Shown: positions 9,611-19,533 of the stretch, in pieces
Layout: each line of letters begins with the position of its first letter
Numbering within the stretch: position 1 is the stretch's first letter
DNA from: Bdellovibrionota bacterium
GTDB taxonomy: Bacteria; Bdellovibrionota_C; UBA2361; OMII01
Direction of reading: 5' to 3'
Assembly (NCBI GenBank): GCA_044345405.1
Contig: JBIJBE010000019.1
Location: 1-64,000 of the forward strand
Length of the DNA stretch: 64,000 nucleotides
The notes under the pieces: generated by a model
What the model was told of the DNA's origin: nothing
Databases searched by the model: none
Seen by the model: only the letters and a program-made list of their open reading frames with translations
Position numbers and translations under genes: made by a program

Positions 9611-10686
9611 CGAAGCTTCAGGGATGTAAGCGCGATCATCGCGAGCACGATCGATATGATCCAGAAGCGCACGATAATCTTCGGCTCGGCCCACCCCGCT
9701 AATTCAAAGTGATGGTGAATGGGCGCCATTCGAAAGACACGCCGCTTGGTGAACTTGTAGTAGTAGCGTTGGATAACGACCGACGCGGCCTCCATCACGA
9801 AGACGCCACCGGCGACCACAAGAATGAGCTCCTGCTTCACGAGCACCGCGATAAACCCCAGGGTTCCTCCGAGCGCCATGGATCCGGTGTCTCCCATAAA
9901 GACCTGCGCCGGAAAGGTATTATACCACAGGAAACCGAGCCCCGCGGCGAACATGCTCGACAAGATAATGGTAAGCTCACCCGCCCCACTCTCGTACGCG
10001 ATGCCAAGGTAATCAGCGTACTTCGCGTTTCCAGCGAGGTACGCGAAGATGGCGTACGTGCCAGCAACCGTCATGACCGGACCGATGGCGAGACCATCAA
10101 GGCCATCGGTGAAGTTTACGGCGTTGGACGTGGCAGTTAGAACGAACGAGGCAAAGAGAATAAATCCAACAACGCCAAGTGGAATAACCAAGTCCTTCGC
10201 GAAGGGCACATGAAGATCCGTCGAGAATCCGAGCATGCAGAGGATAAGAGCCGAGCCAGCTCCGAGAGAGAACTGCGCGATTAATTTTCCTCGTTCCGAG
10301 AGCCCCTTCGAGTCCTGCTTCTCGATCTTTCGCCAATCATCAACGAAACCGAGGTAGGCGAACCCGACAAGGATCACTATCGTGAGCCACACTTTGATAT
10401 TGGTGAGGTCGGCGAGTAAGAGGGTTGAGAGGAGCACGGCGCCTACCACAACCATACCACCCATCGTTGGGGTCCCACGTTTTCCTTCGTGCGCCTTTGG
10501 ACCATCTTCCCGAATCGGCTGCCCAGCAACGCCCCGATTCTGCAACCAGCGAATAAAAACCGGCTGCAACACCAGCACGAACACGAAGGCGACGAGAAAC
10601 GCCAACATGCTCCTGAAGGTCTGATACTTGAATACGTTGAGCCAGCTGTAGGTGTCGTGGAGGGAGTACAGAAGATGGTACAGCAC
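9607..10686 (-). CDS. mraY: Phospho-N-acetylmuramoyl-pentapeptide transferase
   Basis: KRGTPTMGG, GFVDDW, NAVNFTDGLDGL, FMGDTGS, MAPIHHHFE. Confidence 0.97.
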   Translation of the reverse strand: MLYHLLYSLHDTYSWLNVFKYQTFRSMLAFLVAFVFVLVLQPVFIRWLQNRGVAGQPIREDGPKAHEGKRGTPTMGGMVVVGAVLLSTLLLADLTNIKVWLTIVILVGFAYLGFVDDWRKIEKQDSKGLSERGKLIAQFSLGAGSALILCMLGFSTDLHVPFAKDLVIPLGVVGFILFASFVLTATSNAVNFTDGLDGLAIGPVMTVAGTYAIFAYLAGNAKYADYLGIAYESGAGELTIILSSMFAAGLGFLWYNTFPAQVFMGDTGSMALGGTLGFIAVLVKQELILVVAGGVFVMEAASVVIQRYYYKFTKRRVFRMAPIHHHFELAGWAEPKIIVRFWIISIVLAMIALTSLKLR

Positions 10687-10942
10687 GTGGGAGAGATCCT
10701 CATGAAAAGTTCAGGTCGAGCGTACCACCCGACTCCTAAACCGTCGAGATCCTTACCGGTTCCAACACCCTTCCGATGCTTTCCTCAGACCTATCCGACC
10801 GCGACCACCTCACTAACCACCTGAAATCAGGAGGTGCACAGGGTCTCTAACAGCACGTTTCTGGAATTTCGAGCATATCACCCCTAGACGCGTCTGTCGG
10901 GCAACGATAGCTCGACGCCTCATCGTTGGTTATAGGGGTTTT

Positions 10943-11815
10943 ATGATTACGACTCGCTCACTACTCGCTCTCTCACTTGCTTTCACCCTCACGGTGGCCT
11001 CGGGCTGCGTCAAAAAAGAGGACGACTCGAGCGATGGCGGATCCGACCAAGCAAAGTTAGAGCCATTCCGCACCGATTGCGGAACCGTGAGCGAAACGTC
11101 TCTCAAGAATCCCGTCGACCCTAAGGGTGGTATGAGGGGACGAGTAACGGTGGCTGGACCGAACCTTCTCATCATGACCCCCACAAAAGGCGGCTCGATC
11201 CTGATAAAATTCCACGCCCTGGGAGTCCCTTACAATGAGGCGCTGCAAAACTCAGCCAAGAAGATCTTGCAGGAGCTCGCGAAAGAGGAGGCGGTGTTCT
11301 TCCCAGCGTCGAAGACGTGCACAACGACGATCTCAACAAGCACCGGTATGGTAGGACAGGTTTTTACCGCAAGTGGTAAGAGCTACTCTGAAACGCTTCT
11401 TAATCAGGGCTACGGACGCGTAGAGGGAGACGGATGTGACGCCTCGCTCATCTATTCGTGCTACTCCGCGCTCCAAGAGAAGGCGGCTCAAAGCTTCGCG
11501 GGAGAGGTTGAAGCGTTCCTGTGGAAGCCGATCTCCGATAGTAACGGCAAGCTCGCGATTCATTCAACTCCAGCGGATACGGTCGTCACCGTAAACGGGG
11601 AAACCGGACAGGACTTCGGACCCGGAAATGGATACGCCAACCTTAATCGATTTTCAAAACCTGGCTGCTCCTACGGCAAGAACGTGACGGTAAAACTCAC
11701 GAACAGCAGCGGCGCGACCTACCGAGTAAACGGGAAGACCACTATCACCATTCCGGATGGGTGCCAACGGTATTGCCTGAAGAATGGGGCTTTGGCGCTT
11801 TGTCCGAAAAGCTAA
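10943..11815 (+). CDS. Cys-rich lipoprotein with possible degenerate thermonuclease (SNase) fold
   Basis: Lipobox ASGC; central pattern IKFHALGVP...AKKILQEL...GQVFTASGKSYSETLLNQGYGRV resembles SNase; C-terminal domain starts FLWKPISDSNGKL. Confidence 0.6.
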   Translation: MITTRSLLALSLAFTLTVASGCVKKEDDSSDGGSDQAKLEPFRTDCGTVSETSLKNPVDPKGGMRGRVTVAGPNLLIMTPTKGGSILIKFHALGVPYNEALQNSAKKILQELAKEEAVFFPASKTCTTTISTSTGMVGQVFTASGKSYSETLLNQGYGRVEGDGCDASLIYSCYSALQEKAAQSFAGEVEAFLWKPISDSNGKLAIHSTPADTVVTVNGETGQDFGPGNGYANLNRFSKPGCSYGKNVTVKLTNSSGATYRVNGKTTITIPDGCQRYCLKNGALALCPKS

Positions 11816-11928
11816 GGGTATCATTTCGCCACGACATCCCTGGGCGCTTACGTCAACGTAGGCGCCGGATGGATAACGTAACCCGATAGACGCAAGCCGT
11901 ACAAGCTCTGCGCGCACGGCTTGCGCTC

Positions 11929-14900
11929 TTAGAAGTTAATCCTCGCTGCAAGCTCGAAGATCGGATCGTTCACAACGATAGCGTTATCGTTGAACACCGC
12001 CTGCTCAAGGACGAAATCCTGCCCAAAGATATTATTGACCCCCGCGGTAATAAAACCGTGTCGGGTCGGAAGTCGGTAGCCAAGAGCGGCATCGAACATC
12101 CAGCCAGCGTCGCTTCCGTTCGGCACACCATCAAGTTCGTACCCCGCGCGATCTTGATACAGGTACGTGCCGCCAGCTTGCGCGAAAAACATATTGGTAA
12201 AGAAGTATCGGCCAAAAGCTCTATTGCGATGCCCCTTGATGAAAGAATCATCAGGAAGGCCCACAGTATTTCGCGCGTACCGATAGTCGTTCCCCAGAAC
12301 AAACCTATCAGTCACGATCTGATAAACATACGCTGAGACCAAATCCTGCTGAACGCTCACATTATCCCGATCTGAGTATTCGACGTCGGTCGAGACGGAG
12401 GCCTCGTTGAAATCAATATCGGCTGTGTAGACCGCAGGCACCCGGGGATCCTCCAACCACCGACGCACCCACTCTCCGCCGATATAGGTCGAGCGCCACG
12501 GCTGAAAGTCGAGACCCGTTCCGAAGTTCTGCGCGATAACGCCGGGATTGATATCCTGGTAGCGCTGCGAGATACCACCGATCAGGGTTGGCTCTACACT
12601 CGCGAGGGCGCTGAACGAGCTCCTGCCGAGGTTCTGTCCGTAGCCAACACGAGCGATCAACGCGCTGGACGGCTGAAACACGATACCTCCCTGCGGCGTT
12701 AACTTAGAGTTCGATTGATCGTCGTTGACAAACGGGGACTCCTGCCGAGCCGCGAAACCAACATGAGAGTAATCTGCTCCCACGTTGAGACTCAGGGAAT
12801 CGGTCGCCCTAACTGTGGCCAGATAATCAACCCCACTCGTCACAACGTTGTTGCTCGCGGAGCTTGAGAACTCGACACCAAGATCATCAAGGATTCCCAC
12901 GTCGTCATTAAGAAGAGTTGAGTGATCGTACGCGTCGAGGTCGTAGTTTGAGTACCGTCCGGTGAGAACCGATGTCACCACGCCGGTCCTATCGATCAAC
13001 TGAAGTTCATTCTCCGCCGCCGATTCGTACTGAGATTGCTTCTGATCGTACCGAGCATCCGTGAATTCATCCAGGGAGCCATCGGGGGAGGTTAGGTGAA
13101 GGCTAGAATTGTTGTCCGGTCGAGTTAATCGATCCTTTCCACGTCGATACGAAGTCTGGGCGATAATGGAGGTCTCCGGTGAGAACTTATGCAGATACGA
13201 TCCGTTGAAGGTGCCACTCGCATAGGTATCGTTCTCGTCGGTCTGATCACTGTCGTAAAACACCCCGCGGATCTCTCCGAGAAGACGATCCCCCCACGTT
13301 GGCTGCACTTGCACCGAGATACCAGCGCGCCCCTCATTGCTTCGAGGATCGTCGATCGCCCCATCACCATGTACCCCACTCGCGGTCAAAGCCGTAAGGA
13401 CATTACCACTCTTGTTCGCGCTCAAGATCCCCTCGACGAATTGATCGTCGTAGCTTGAATAGTTGCCGGTAATCCCGGTTCGCCAACCATCCCGTTCAAA
13501 GAGCGCGGAGTATTCATTGAGAGAAACGTTGGTGCCGATGGAATCAGCGACGTTAATACTGAGTGGAGAGAAGAGATCCGCGATCCTCCGTTCGGAGAGA
13601 GCGCTTGGCGCCGTAAGAACAGCCATATCCGTCTCCGAAAGTAATCGGTGAGCGCTCGCGTTTTGGTAATCATCGTAGATCGCCGAGACCGCTTCTATCC
13701 TCCCTCTCTGGGTGAATCCTAACTCTCGATAGACCCGCGCGAGCGAGGCGCTCTGCGTGGCGCTATCCTCGTCGAGAAGGAATTTAGAGCGATACACATC
13801 CCGCTTATCCGAGAGATCTCTGGCGGCCTCAATGTCACGAAGCGCCTCTACAGGTTTATTCTCCGCAAGGCGCATGAAGCTTCGGTAGAGGTGCGGAGTC
13901 GGATCGTTTGGGTCGAGCTCTATGGCGCGGGCATACTCAGGCTCAGCCGGGTCGTACGAATCCGCCTCGAAGTAGCTCTTCGCCAAATAGCTACGATAGA
14001 GAGAACGCGATGGCTCCAGAACTGTAGCCTTCTCAAACCGATTGCGGCCCTCCTCAAGGTTTCCACGATTCACTTCCACGAGTCCGAGTCCCATCTGAGG
14101 AAGGCCGGCACCCGGCTCCATCTGAGCGGCTCTCGAAAACGCCCCTTCTGCTTGATCGAAGGAGCGATCCCCCATTAACACAAATCCATAGACCGTCTCA
14201 GCGTACCACGAACGCTCGCGCAAGGTTTCAAGGAGCTCGCGAGCCTCTGGTACCCGGCCAAACATGAATAATAGTTCGGCCCGTCTGGCGGTGAGATCCT
14301 CACTGGATGTCGTATCGCTCGTTACCGCGGCCAAGGCACCATCGAGGTCCCCCTTGTCCTGAAGCGCGAAGGAGAGCGCCAGTCGCGCGGACACACTCGA
14401 CGGAGCGAGCGCCACCGCTTTTTGCGCTAACGCGCGAGACTCATCCCCCTGCCCCTGCGCCAGCTTTATGGCCGACAACGTCGAGGCCGCGGCGGCGACG
14501 ACACCGGAATCGGCCCCAGAGGTTACGCACCGCTCAAGCTCACGCACCCCGAGCGCCATATCTCCCCGAGAAACCAGAACACGACCCCGAAGCGCCCCCG
14601 CCATCGTACAGCGAGTCTCCTGACGTGGAAGAAGCGCAAGGGCCTCATCGCTCTTCCCCTCGGAGAGAAGGCGCAACGCTCGGGCGTCGACACCTCCCGC
14701 GAATTCCTCCGGCGCGAAAAGCGGCACAAACGCGCTCCACTGAACCGTTCGTTCCGACTGCATTAACGCGTACACCTCAGGAGCTTTGCCCTTTGAAAAA
14801 CGGGCTCCCTCTCCCGCTCCAAGCGCGGCGACGCCGTTAGAGCTAACACCCTGCACACTTCCACTCATCATCTTGATAGTGGTCGTGCTCGCGTCGGTAG

Positions 14901-15285
14901 TGAGCGAGAACTCCGTTCCTCGAATAGCCGCTGTCACGTGCTCCGTAACAACGGTCGGATGCTGCTCGGAGTGACTGAAGAAATGGAGAGCGCCCTCAAG
15001 GAGGCCGACCTTCTTGTCGGCGGCGGCCAGGGTCAATCGTGAGTTAGACGCGAGCCTCATGTACGAACCGTCCGACATCGCGAGGGCGACTCGTCCTGGG
15101 TCTCCAACCACGATCTCATCGCCCGCCTCCAGCCGCATTCCCTCACTCGCCGGTAACGCGCGCCCCCCTCGTTGGACAGAGGCATCCCCTTGCAACGAAA
15201 AGATTGAGGCCAAGGGCGCCGTATCCGCGAAGGCACGAGGCGAGCAGAGAAGGAGGCAAACCAGGGCGAAAAATAGTTTCTTCAT
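11929..15285 (-). CDS. FecR-domain / TPR / outer-membrane beta-barrel receptor (NsrA-like architecture)
   Basis: Signal peptide (AFA-D), FecR domain (TAAIRGTEF), several TPRs (e.g. YARAIELDPNDPTPHLY), beta-rich C-terminal half ending in Phe (RINF). Confidence 0.85.
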   Translation of the reverse strand: MKKLFFALVCLLLCSPRAFADTAPLASIFSLQGDASVQRGGRALPASEGMRLEAGDEIVVGDPGRVALAMSDGSYMRLASNSRLTLAAADKKVGLLEGALHFFSHSEQHPTVVTEHVTAAIRGTEFSLTTDASTTTIKMMSGSVQGVSSNGVAALGAGEGARFSKGKAPEVYALMQSERTVQWSAFVPLFAPEEFAGGVDARALRLLSEGKSDEALALLPRQETRCTMAGALRGRVLVSRGDMALGVRELERCVTSGADSGVVAAAASTLSAIKLAQGQGDESRALAQKAVALAPSSVSARLALSFALQDKGDLDGALAAVTSDTTSSEDLTARRAELLFMFGRVPEARELLETLRERSWYAETVYGFVLMGDRSFDQAEGAFSRAAQMEPGAGLPQMGLGLVEVNRGNLEEGRNRFEKATVLEPSRSLYRSYLAKSYFEADSYDPAEPEYARAIELDPNDPTPHLYRSFMRLAENKPVEALRDIEAARDLSDKRDVYRSKFLLDEDSATQSASLARVYRELGFTQRGRIEAVSAIYDDYQNASAHRLLSETDMAVLTAPSALSERRIADLFSPLSINVADSIGTNVSLNEYSALFERDGWRTGITGNYSSYDDQFVEGILSANKSGNVLTALTASGVHGDGAIDDPRSNEGRAGISVQVQPTWGDRLLGEIRGVFYDSDQTDENDTYASGTFNGSYLHKFSPETSIIAQTSYRRGKDRLTRPDNNSSLHLTSPDGSLDEFTDARYDQKQSQYESAAENELQLIDRTGVVTSVLTGRYSNYDLDAYDHSTLLNDDVGILDDLGVEFSSSASNNVVTSGVDYLATVRATDSLSLNVGADYSHVGFAARQESPFVNDDQSNSKLTPQGGIVFQPSSALIARVGYGQNLGRSSFSALASVEPTLIGGISQRYQDINPGVIAQNFGTGLDFQPWRSTYIGGEWVRRWLEDPRVPAVYTADIDFNEASVSTDVEYSDRDNVSVQQDLVSAYVYQIVTDRFVLGNDYRYARNTVGLPDDSFIKGHRNRAFGRYFFTNMFFAQAGGTYLYQDRAGYELDGVPNGSDAGWMFDAALGYRLPTRHGFITAGVNNIFGQDFVLEQAVFNDNAIVVNDPIFELAARINF

Positions 15286-15418
15286 GTGCGTCTCGCTCAA
15301 TAGTGAGAATCCCGCCGAGAGTTTAACCCACCAACCTACCCCTCACTAGATGGTAATCAACACCCCAAGCGAAAGAGGGATCTCGCCCAACACCCCCCAC
15401 GAATGATAAGAACCTCTG

Positions 15419-17386
15419 ATGAGGTTTATTACGCGTATCGCCATCGCCCTGGGTATAGGTTTAGTGAGTTCACTGATCCTCTCCACCTCGTTGGTGGACG
15501 ACCTCGAGTTTCGCGTATCCGATCAGTGGATGCGCCTGCGAGGGCTGAAAACACCTCCCTCCAATATAGTCGTGATCGCGATAGACGAGCCGAGCTATCG
15601 GGAACTTAAAGCCTCTTTCGATAAGCCGTGGCCCCGAGCCCTTCACGCAAAACTGCTGCGCAACCTCAAAGAATTTGGGGCTAAGCGGGTCGCCTTCGAC
15701 ATCCTCTTCACGGGAGCATCCTCGGAGGCCGATATCGACAGAGATCTAGCGGAAGCTTTCGGGAGCATCCCTTCGATAATCGCAGTCGAATCGAGTGTGC
15801 GCACCGTTGGAAATCAGGGCGGCGGCTATCAACTTGAGGAACTCGACCGTCCATATGAGCCGTTTCGCAAGGTAGCACAGGAGGCCTTGATAGGACTTCA
15901 AGACCTCAAGGGCACTATCAGGTATTTTCCACACCCTCGCTCTGAGCAGGAGCGACGCTTCCCCACCTTAGCGCAGGCCGCGGCCGGTCTCCGGTCCGAT
16001 GCGCCCAATCTGCCTGGCCCACGTGACCTCATCCGGTACTACGGTCCGGGCCGCACCTTTCCGGTTATCTCCTTCTGGGAGGTGCTCGAAGATCCCCTCC
16101 CCGTCACAAAAGATCTTATCAAGGACGCAACGGTGGTGGTGGGACTCTCCATGCGCTCCGACATCGGTGGCGCTCAAAAGGACTCATATCAAAACCCCTT
16201 TGGCGCGCCGATGATCTTCGGAGTCGAGGTTCACGCCACCGCGCTCGCCAACCTCCTCACCGAGGGATGGATACATCGCCCCTCCCACACTGTCGAGGTA
16301 CTCGCTCAAGGCGCCGCCATAACCGCAGCCTCTCTCATGGCACTCTCCGTCACCCCCGTTATCCTTGCCATAACGTGCGGAGCTTTCGCCGCGGTGTGGT
16401 GTCTCGCGTCGTTTATTCTCCTCGGTCAGGGATTTTTTCTTAGTGGCGCGGCGACCGCTCTCATTATTCTTCCGATCATGGTCTTGGTAAGCGCGCTTAT
16501 CTCATACGTCTCCTCGCGACGAGCCGAGGAGAGCCTCCGCTCCGCGATGTCACTCTACGTGTCCCCTGATATGGTGCCCCGACTACAACAGGAGGGGGGC
16601 GCCCTTAAGCTCGGAGGAGAGAAGATGTGGCTCACGGCGATGTTTACCGACATCGCCGACTTCACCTCAATAACCGAGGAGATGCCAGCCGAGCGAACCT
16701 CTGAGATGCTCAACGCCTACTTTACAGAGGTCATGGAGGTGGTGTTCAAAAACCAAGGCACCCTCCTTAAATTTATCGGGGACGCTATCTTCGCGATTTG
16801 GGGCGCTCCTGTAAAAACTCAAAACCACGCCGAGCTCGCGCTGCAGACCGCTATCGCTATCAACAGAGAGGTCTCTCGCTTCAACGCTACGCAACGGTTT
16901 CCCGCGCTAAAAACTCGAATAGGTGTCCACACCGGGCCTATGTTGGTCGGAAACCTCGGGTCGACGAAGCGATTCGACTACACAGCGATCGGTGATTCCG
17001 TTAACCTTGCCTCCCGTATCGAAGGACTCAATAAATACTTCGGCACGACCATCCTCTTCACAGAAGCTACCCGGAAGGACGCCGGAGGGTTCGCTGGAGC
17101 GGTCCTCATGGGCAGTGTTCGGGTCAAAGGACGGCGAGAGGCTGTTCCCCTCTATTCACTTTTCGACCCCCCTCTTGAGCATCCGGTTCGTGAGGGATGG
17201 GAGCGAGCGCACTCCGCATTCTGCAAAGCTCACTTCGATACCTTTCTACGGGACGCTGCCGAACTCGAATCGAGGGAGTCGCGTTTAAGCACGACCCTCC
17301 GACTCTACCGAGAAGAGTCGCGTAAGTATGCGGATACGCCACCTCCCCAGGGCTGGTCGGGAGAGTTAGACTTTGACCACAAGTGA
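15419..17386 (+). CDS. CHASE2-domain class III adenylate cyclase
   Basis: CHASE2 (IVVIAIDE, PWPRALHA, GVEVHATALANLL), three TMs, cyclase motifs FTDIADFT, LKFIGDA, DYTAIGDSVNLASRIEG; the Lys/Thr pair indicates ATP specificity (class IIIb). Confidence 0.93.
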   Translation: MRFITRIAIALGIGLVSSLILSTSLVDDLEFRVSDQWMRLRGLKTPPSNIVVIAIDEPSYRELKASFDKPWPRALHAKLLRNLKEFGAKRVAFDILFTGASSEADIDRDLAEAFGSIPSIIAVESSVRTVGNQGGGYQLEELDRPYEPFRKVAQEALIGLQDLKGTIRYFPHPRSEQERRFPTLAQAAAGLRSDAPNLPGPRDLIRYYGPGRTFPVISFWEVLEDPLPVTKDLIKDATVVVGLSMRSDIGGAQKDSYQNPFGAPMIFGVEVHATALANLLTEGWIHRPSHTVEVLAQGAAITAASLMALSVTPVILAITCGAFAAVWCLASFILLGQGFFLSGAATALIILPIMVLVSALISYVSSRRAEESLRSAMSLYVSPDMVPRLQQEGGALKLGGEKMWLTAMFTDIADFTSITEEMPAERTSEMLNAYFTEVMEVVFKNQGTLLKFIGDAIFAIWGAPVKTQNHAELALQTAIAINREVSRFNATQRFPALKTRIGVHTGPMLVGNLGSTKRFDYTAIGDSVNLASRIEGLNKYFGTTILFTEATRKDAGGFAGAVLMGSVRVKGRREAVPLYSLFDPPLEHPVREGWERAHSAFCKAHFDTFLRDAAELESRESRLSTTLRLYREESRKYADTPPPQGWSGELDFDHK

Positions 17387-17527
17387 CGGGCGTATAAAGC
17401 GAAAGGCCCCTTCAGCAAAACGGCATATCAGCCGACTAATTGTGTGTGGTCACCGCCTCAATACGATCGTAAACTGCCTAAAGAGATTCCAGCCATTAAG
17501 CTAGGGAAAATTCGTAGAGCGCCATCT

Positions 17528-19291
17528 ATGATCAAACGCATCACTATACGACCACTGCTACTAGCCGGAGTATCACTCTCACTGCCCTGTCTTGTAGCGC
17601 AATCTCAAAGCCTCGTTCCATCCGTTCCAACTCAGATATCGGTCGGACTTGGTCCCGCCGCCTCAAACTCCGAAAGTGACGAGGTGGTAGTATCCCCGAA
17701 CGCGAACATAGTCGCCTTTAAATCCATCGCCTCTAATTTGGTAGACGGCGACACTAACCAGTCCGCCGATGTTTTTGTGCGAGGCACGAGCGGAGTCATT
17801 ACCCGCGTCAGCGTTTCCAGCGAGGGAGCCCAAGGCGACTCGTTTAGTCGAGATCCGTCGATGTCTCAACTTGAGCCGAACGGCGCGTACGGTGTCGCTT
17901 TCGTTTCTCGCGCCTCGAATTTCGCCCAGGGACTAACCCCGCAAGAGTTAGAGTATTCCCAGGTGTATCTCCGATTGCCCCATCTCAACAAAACGATCCT
18001 TGTAAGCCGTGGGTACGAAGGCTCTGGCTTTGTGGCTGGCATGGGCTCCAGCGAACATCCGTCAGTGGTATCACTTGAGGGCGGAGCGAAATTCCTCGTC
18101 GCGTTCCATTCTCAGGCGTACAACCTCGTGCAGGGTGCCCTTCCGCCGGGTGGAATCACCTCGCCTCCCAAGCGAATATTTATAGCGACCGTTAACGCGA
18201 TCACTGGGGCCGTTACCATAGACGTTCTCCGGGCAGGCAACACAAACGATCCGCAGGTGGACTTCCTGGACCCCGTCTTGAATGGCTCCGGAACGAGGAT
18301 CGCGTTTCGCACAAACTCTGAGGAACTCGGATGGACGAACGCCACACGGTTTACCTATCAGGTCGTACTAGGAAGCAAGGCAAACAAGGGAACGTTCGAG
18401 CTCATCAGTCGTAGCCCCGTTGATGGAAGCCCGGGAACAGAGAGTAGCGACTCCCCCTCGATGAGTTTCGACGGAAACGTGATCGCTTTTAAAACGAACT
18501 CCTCAAACATCCTCAGCTCTACCCCGAACTCCCCCTCCCTTGTCGCGTACTCAACATCGACGAAACAGTTCAGCCTCATCAACTCGAACCAGGTGGGAGA
18601 GCGGGGAAATCAGTACGTCCAGGAATCGGTACGACTTGACCCTAAAGGTAGATTCGCCGTATTCACCGATTCCAGTGATAACTACCTTCCCGCCGGTGTC
18701 GATACAAACTCCCGCGGCGATATCTTCGTCAAGGATCTCCTGAAGGGCTCCATCGTTCGGGTCAATGTGGGAGCTAACGGCGTTGAGGAAACGAACGGCT
18801 ACACAGGCGGCCCCTGGCTCGGGACACTCGGTTACAACAGTCAAACCCTTACGGTTGGTTTTCATTCCTCAGGCACCGCCCTCCTCCAATACCCTCACAG
18901 TTCAGGCGGGCTTGTGAGAGAAGTGTATCGCTCTACCCTCTCCTTCCCCCCACCGACCATTCAAAACAACGCTCCGATCGAAACACCTCCCGATGTCACT
19001 CCGGGAGCTCGGAAGGTGTTCCTCGTGTTGCAGAAATTTGATCTATCGACCTCGTTATCGTCCCTAGATGAGATAGGAACGCTCGCCACGAAGGTGACCT
19101 ACGATATTCGTCTCACCAAAACGACCACGAATACCCAGCGAAAGATAACGACCACCAAAAACCGCGTGACCCTTCGAAATATCACTCCGGGAACCTACAC
19201 CGTAAAGTATCGAGCGAGTGGCACGAACTCTAAGGGTAAAAAGGTGACCACGAAGTTCAGTCCGAAACAAACGGTGAAGGTTACTAAGTAA
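17528..19291 (+). CDS. Secreted TolB-like beta-propeller protein with basic beta-sandwich C-terminus
   Basis: Signal peptide; repeats such as VAFKSIASNLVDGDTNQSADVFVR and PSMSFDGNVIAF; Lys/Thr-rich FN3-like tail. Confidence 0.75.
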   Translation: MIKRITIRPLLLAGVSLSLPCLVAQSQSLVPSVPTQISVGLGPAASNSESDEVVVSPNANIVAFKSIASNLVDGDTNQSADVFVRGTSGVITRVSVSSEGAQGDSFSRDPSMSQLEPNGAYGVAFVSRASNFAQGLTPQELEYSQVYLRLPHLNKTILVSRGYEGSGFVAGMGSSEHPSVVSLEGGAKFLVAFHSQAYNLVQGALPPGGITSPPKRIFIATVNAITGAVTIDVLRAGNTNDPQVDFLDPVLNGSGTRIAFRTNSEELGWTNATRFTYQVVLGSKANKGTFELISRSPVDGSPGTESSDSPSMSFDGNVIAFKTNSSNILSSTPNSPSLVAYSTSTKQFSLINSNQVGERGNQYVQESVRLDPKGRFAVFTDSSDNYLPAGVDTNSRGDIFVKDLLKGSIVRVNVGANGVEETNGYTGGPWLGTLGYNSQTLTVGFHSSGTALLQYPHSSGGLVREVYRSTLSFPPPTIQNNAPIETPPDVTPGARKVFLVLQKFDLSTSLSSLDEIGTLATKVTYDIRLTKTTTNTQRKITTTKNRVTLRNITPGTYTVKYRASGTNSKGKKVTTKFSPKQTVKVTK

Positions 19292-19305
19292 CGGCCATTT
19301 CTACC

Positions 19306-19469
19306 ACGTGAACGTGCTCGTGCGCGTAAACGTGAACGTACCCGAGCCCGATCCGCAGTATCAATCCATGGCGTAACTTTGTGCTATTGCCGAGCGCCCT
19401 CGTAAATTTATCAAGGACGAACAATATTTTCGGGTACGTTCACGTTCATGTTTACGAGCACGTTAACGT
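19306..19469. repeat. 39-bp imperfect inverted repeat pair (REP-like) between convergent genes
   Basis: 19306-19344 is the reverse complement of 19431-19469 (CGGGTACGTTCACGTT...GAGCACGTT.ACGT) with 6 mismatches; third copy at 51022-51060. Confidence 0.85.
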
Positions 19470-19533
19470 CCGAACAAGAGCGAGTAGGCTCACACTAAGC
19501 CGGAGCCGACGCAACCACGTGCCGAACCGCTTC

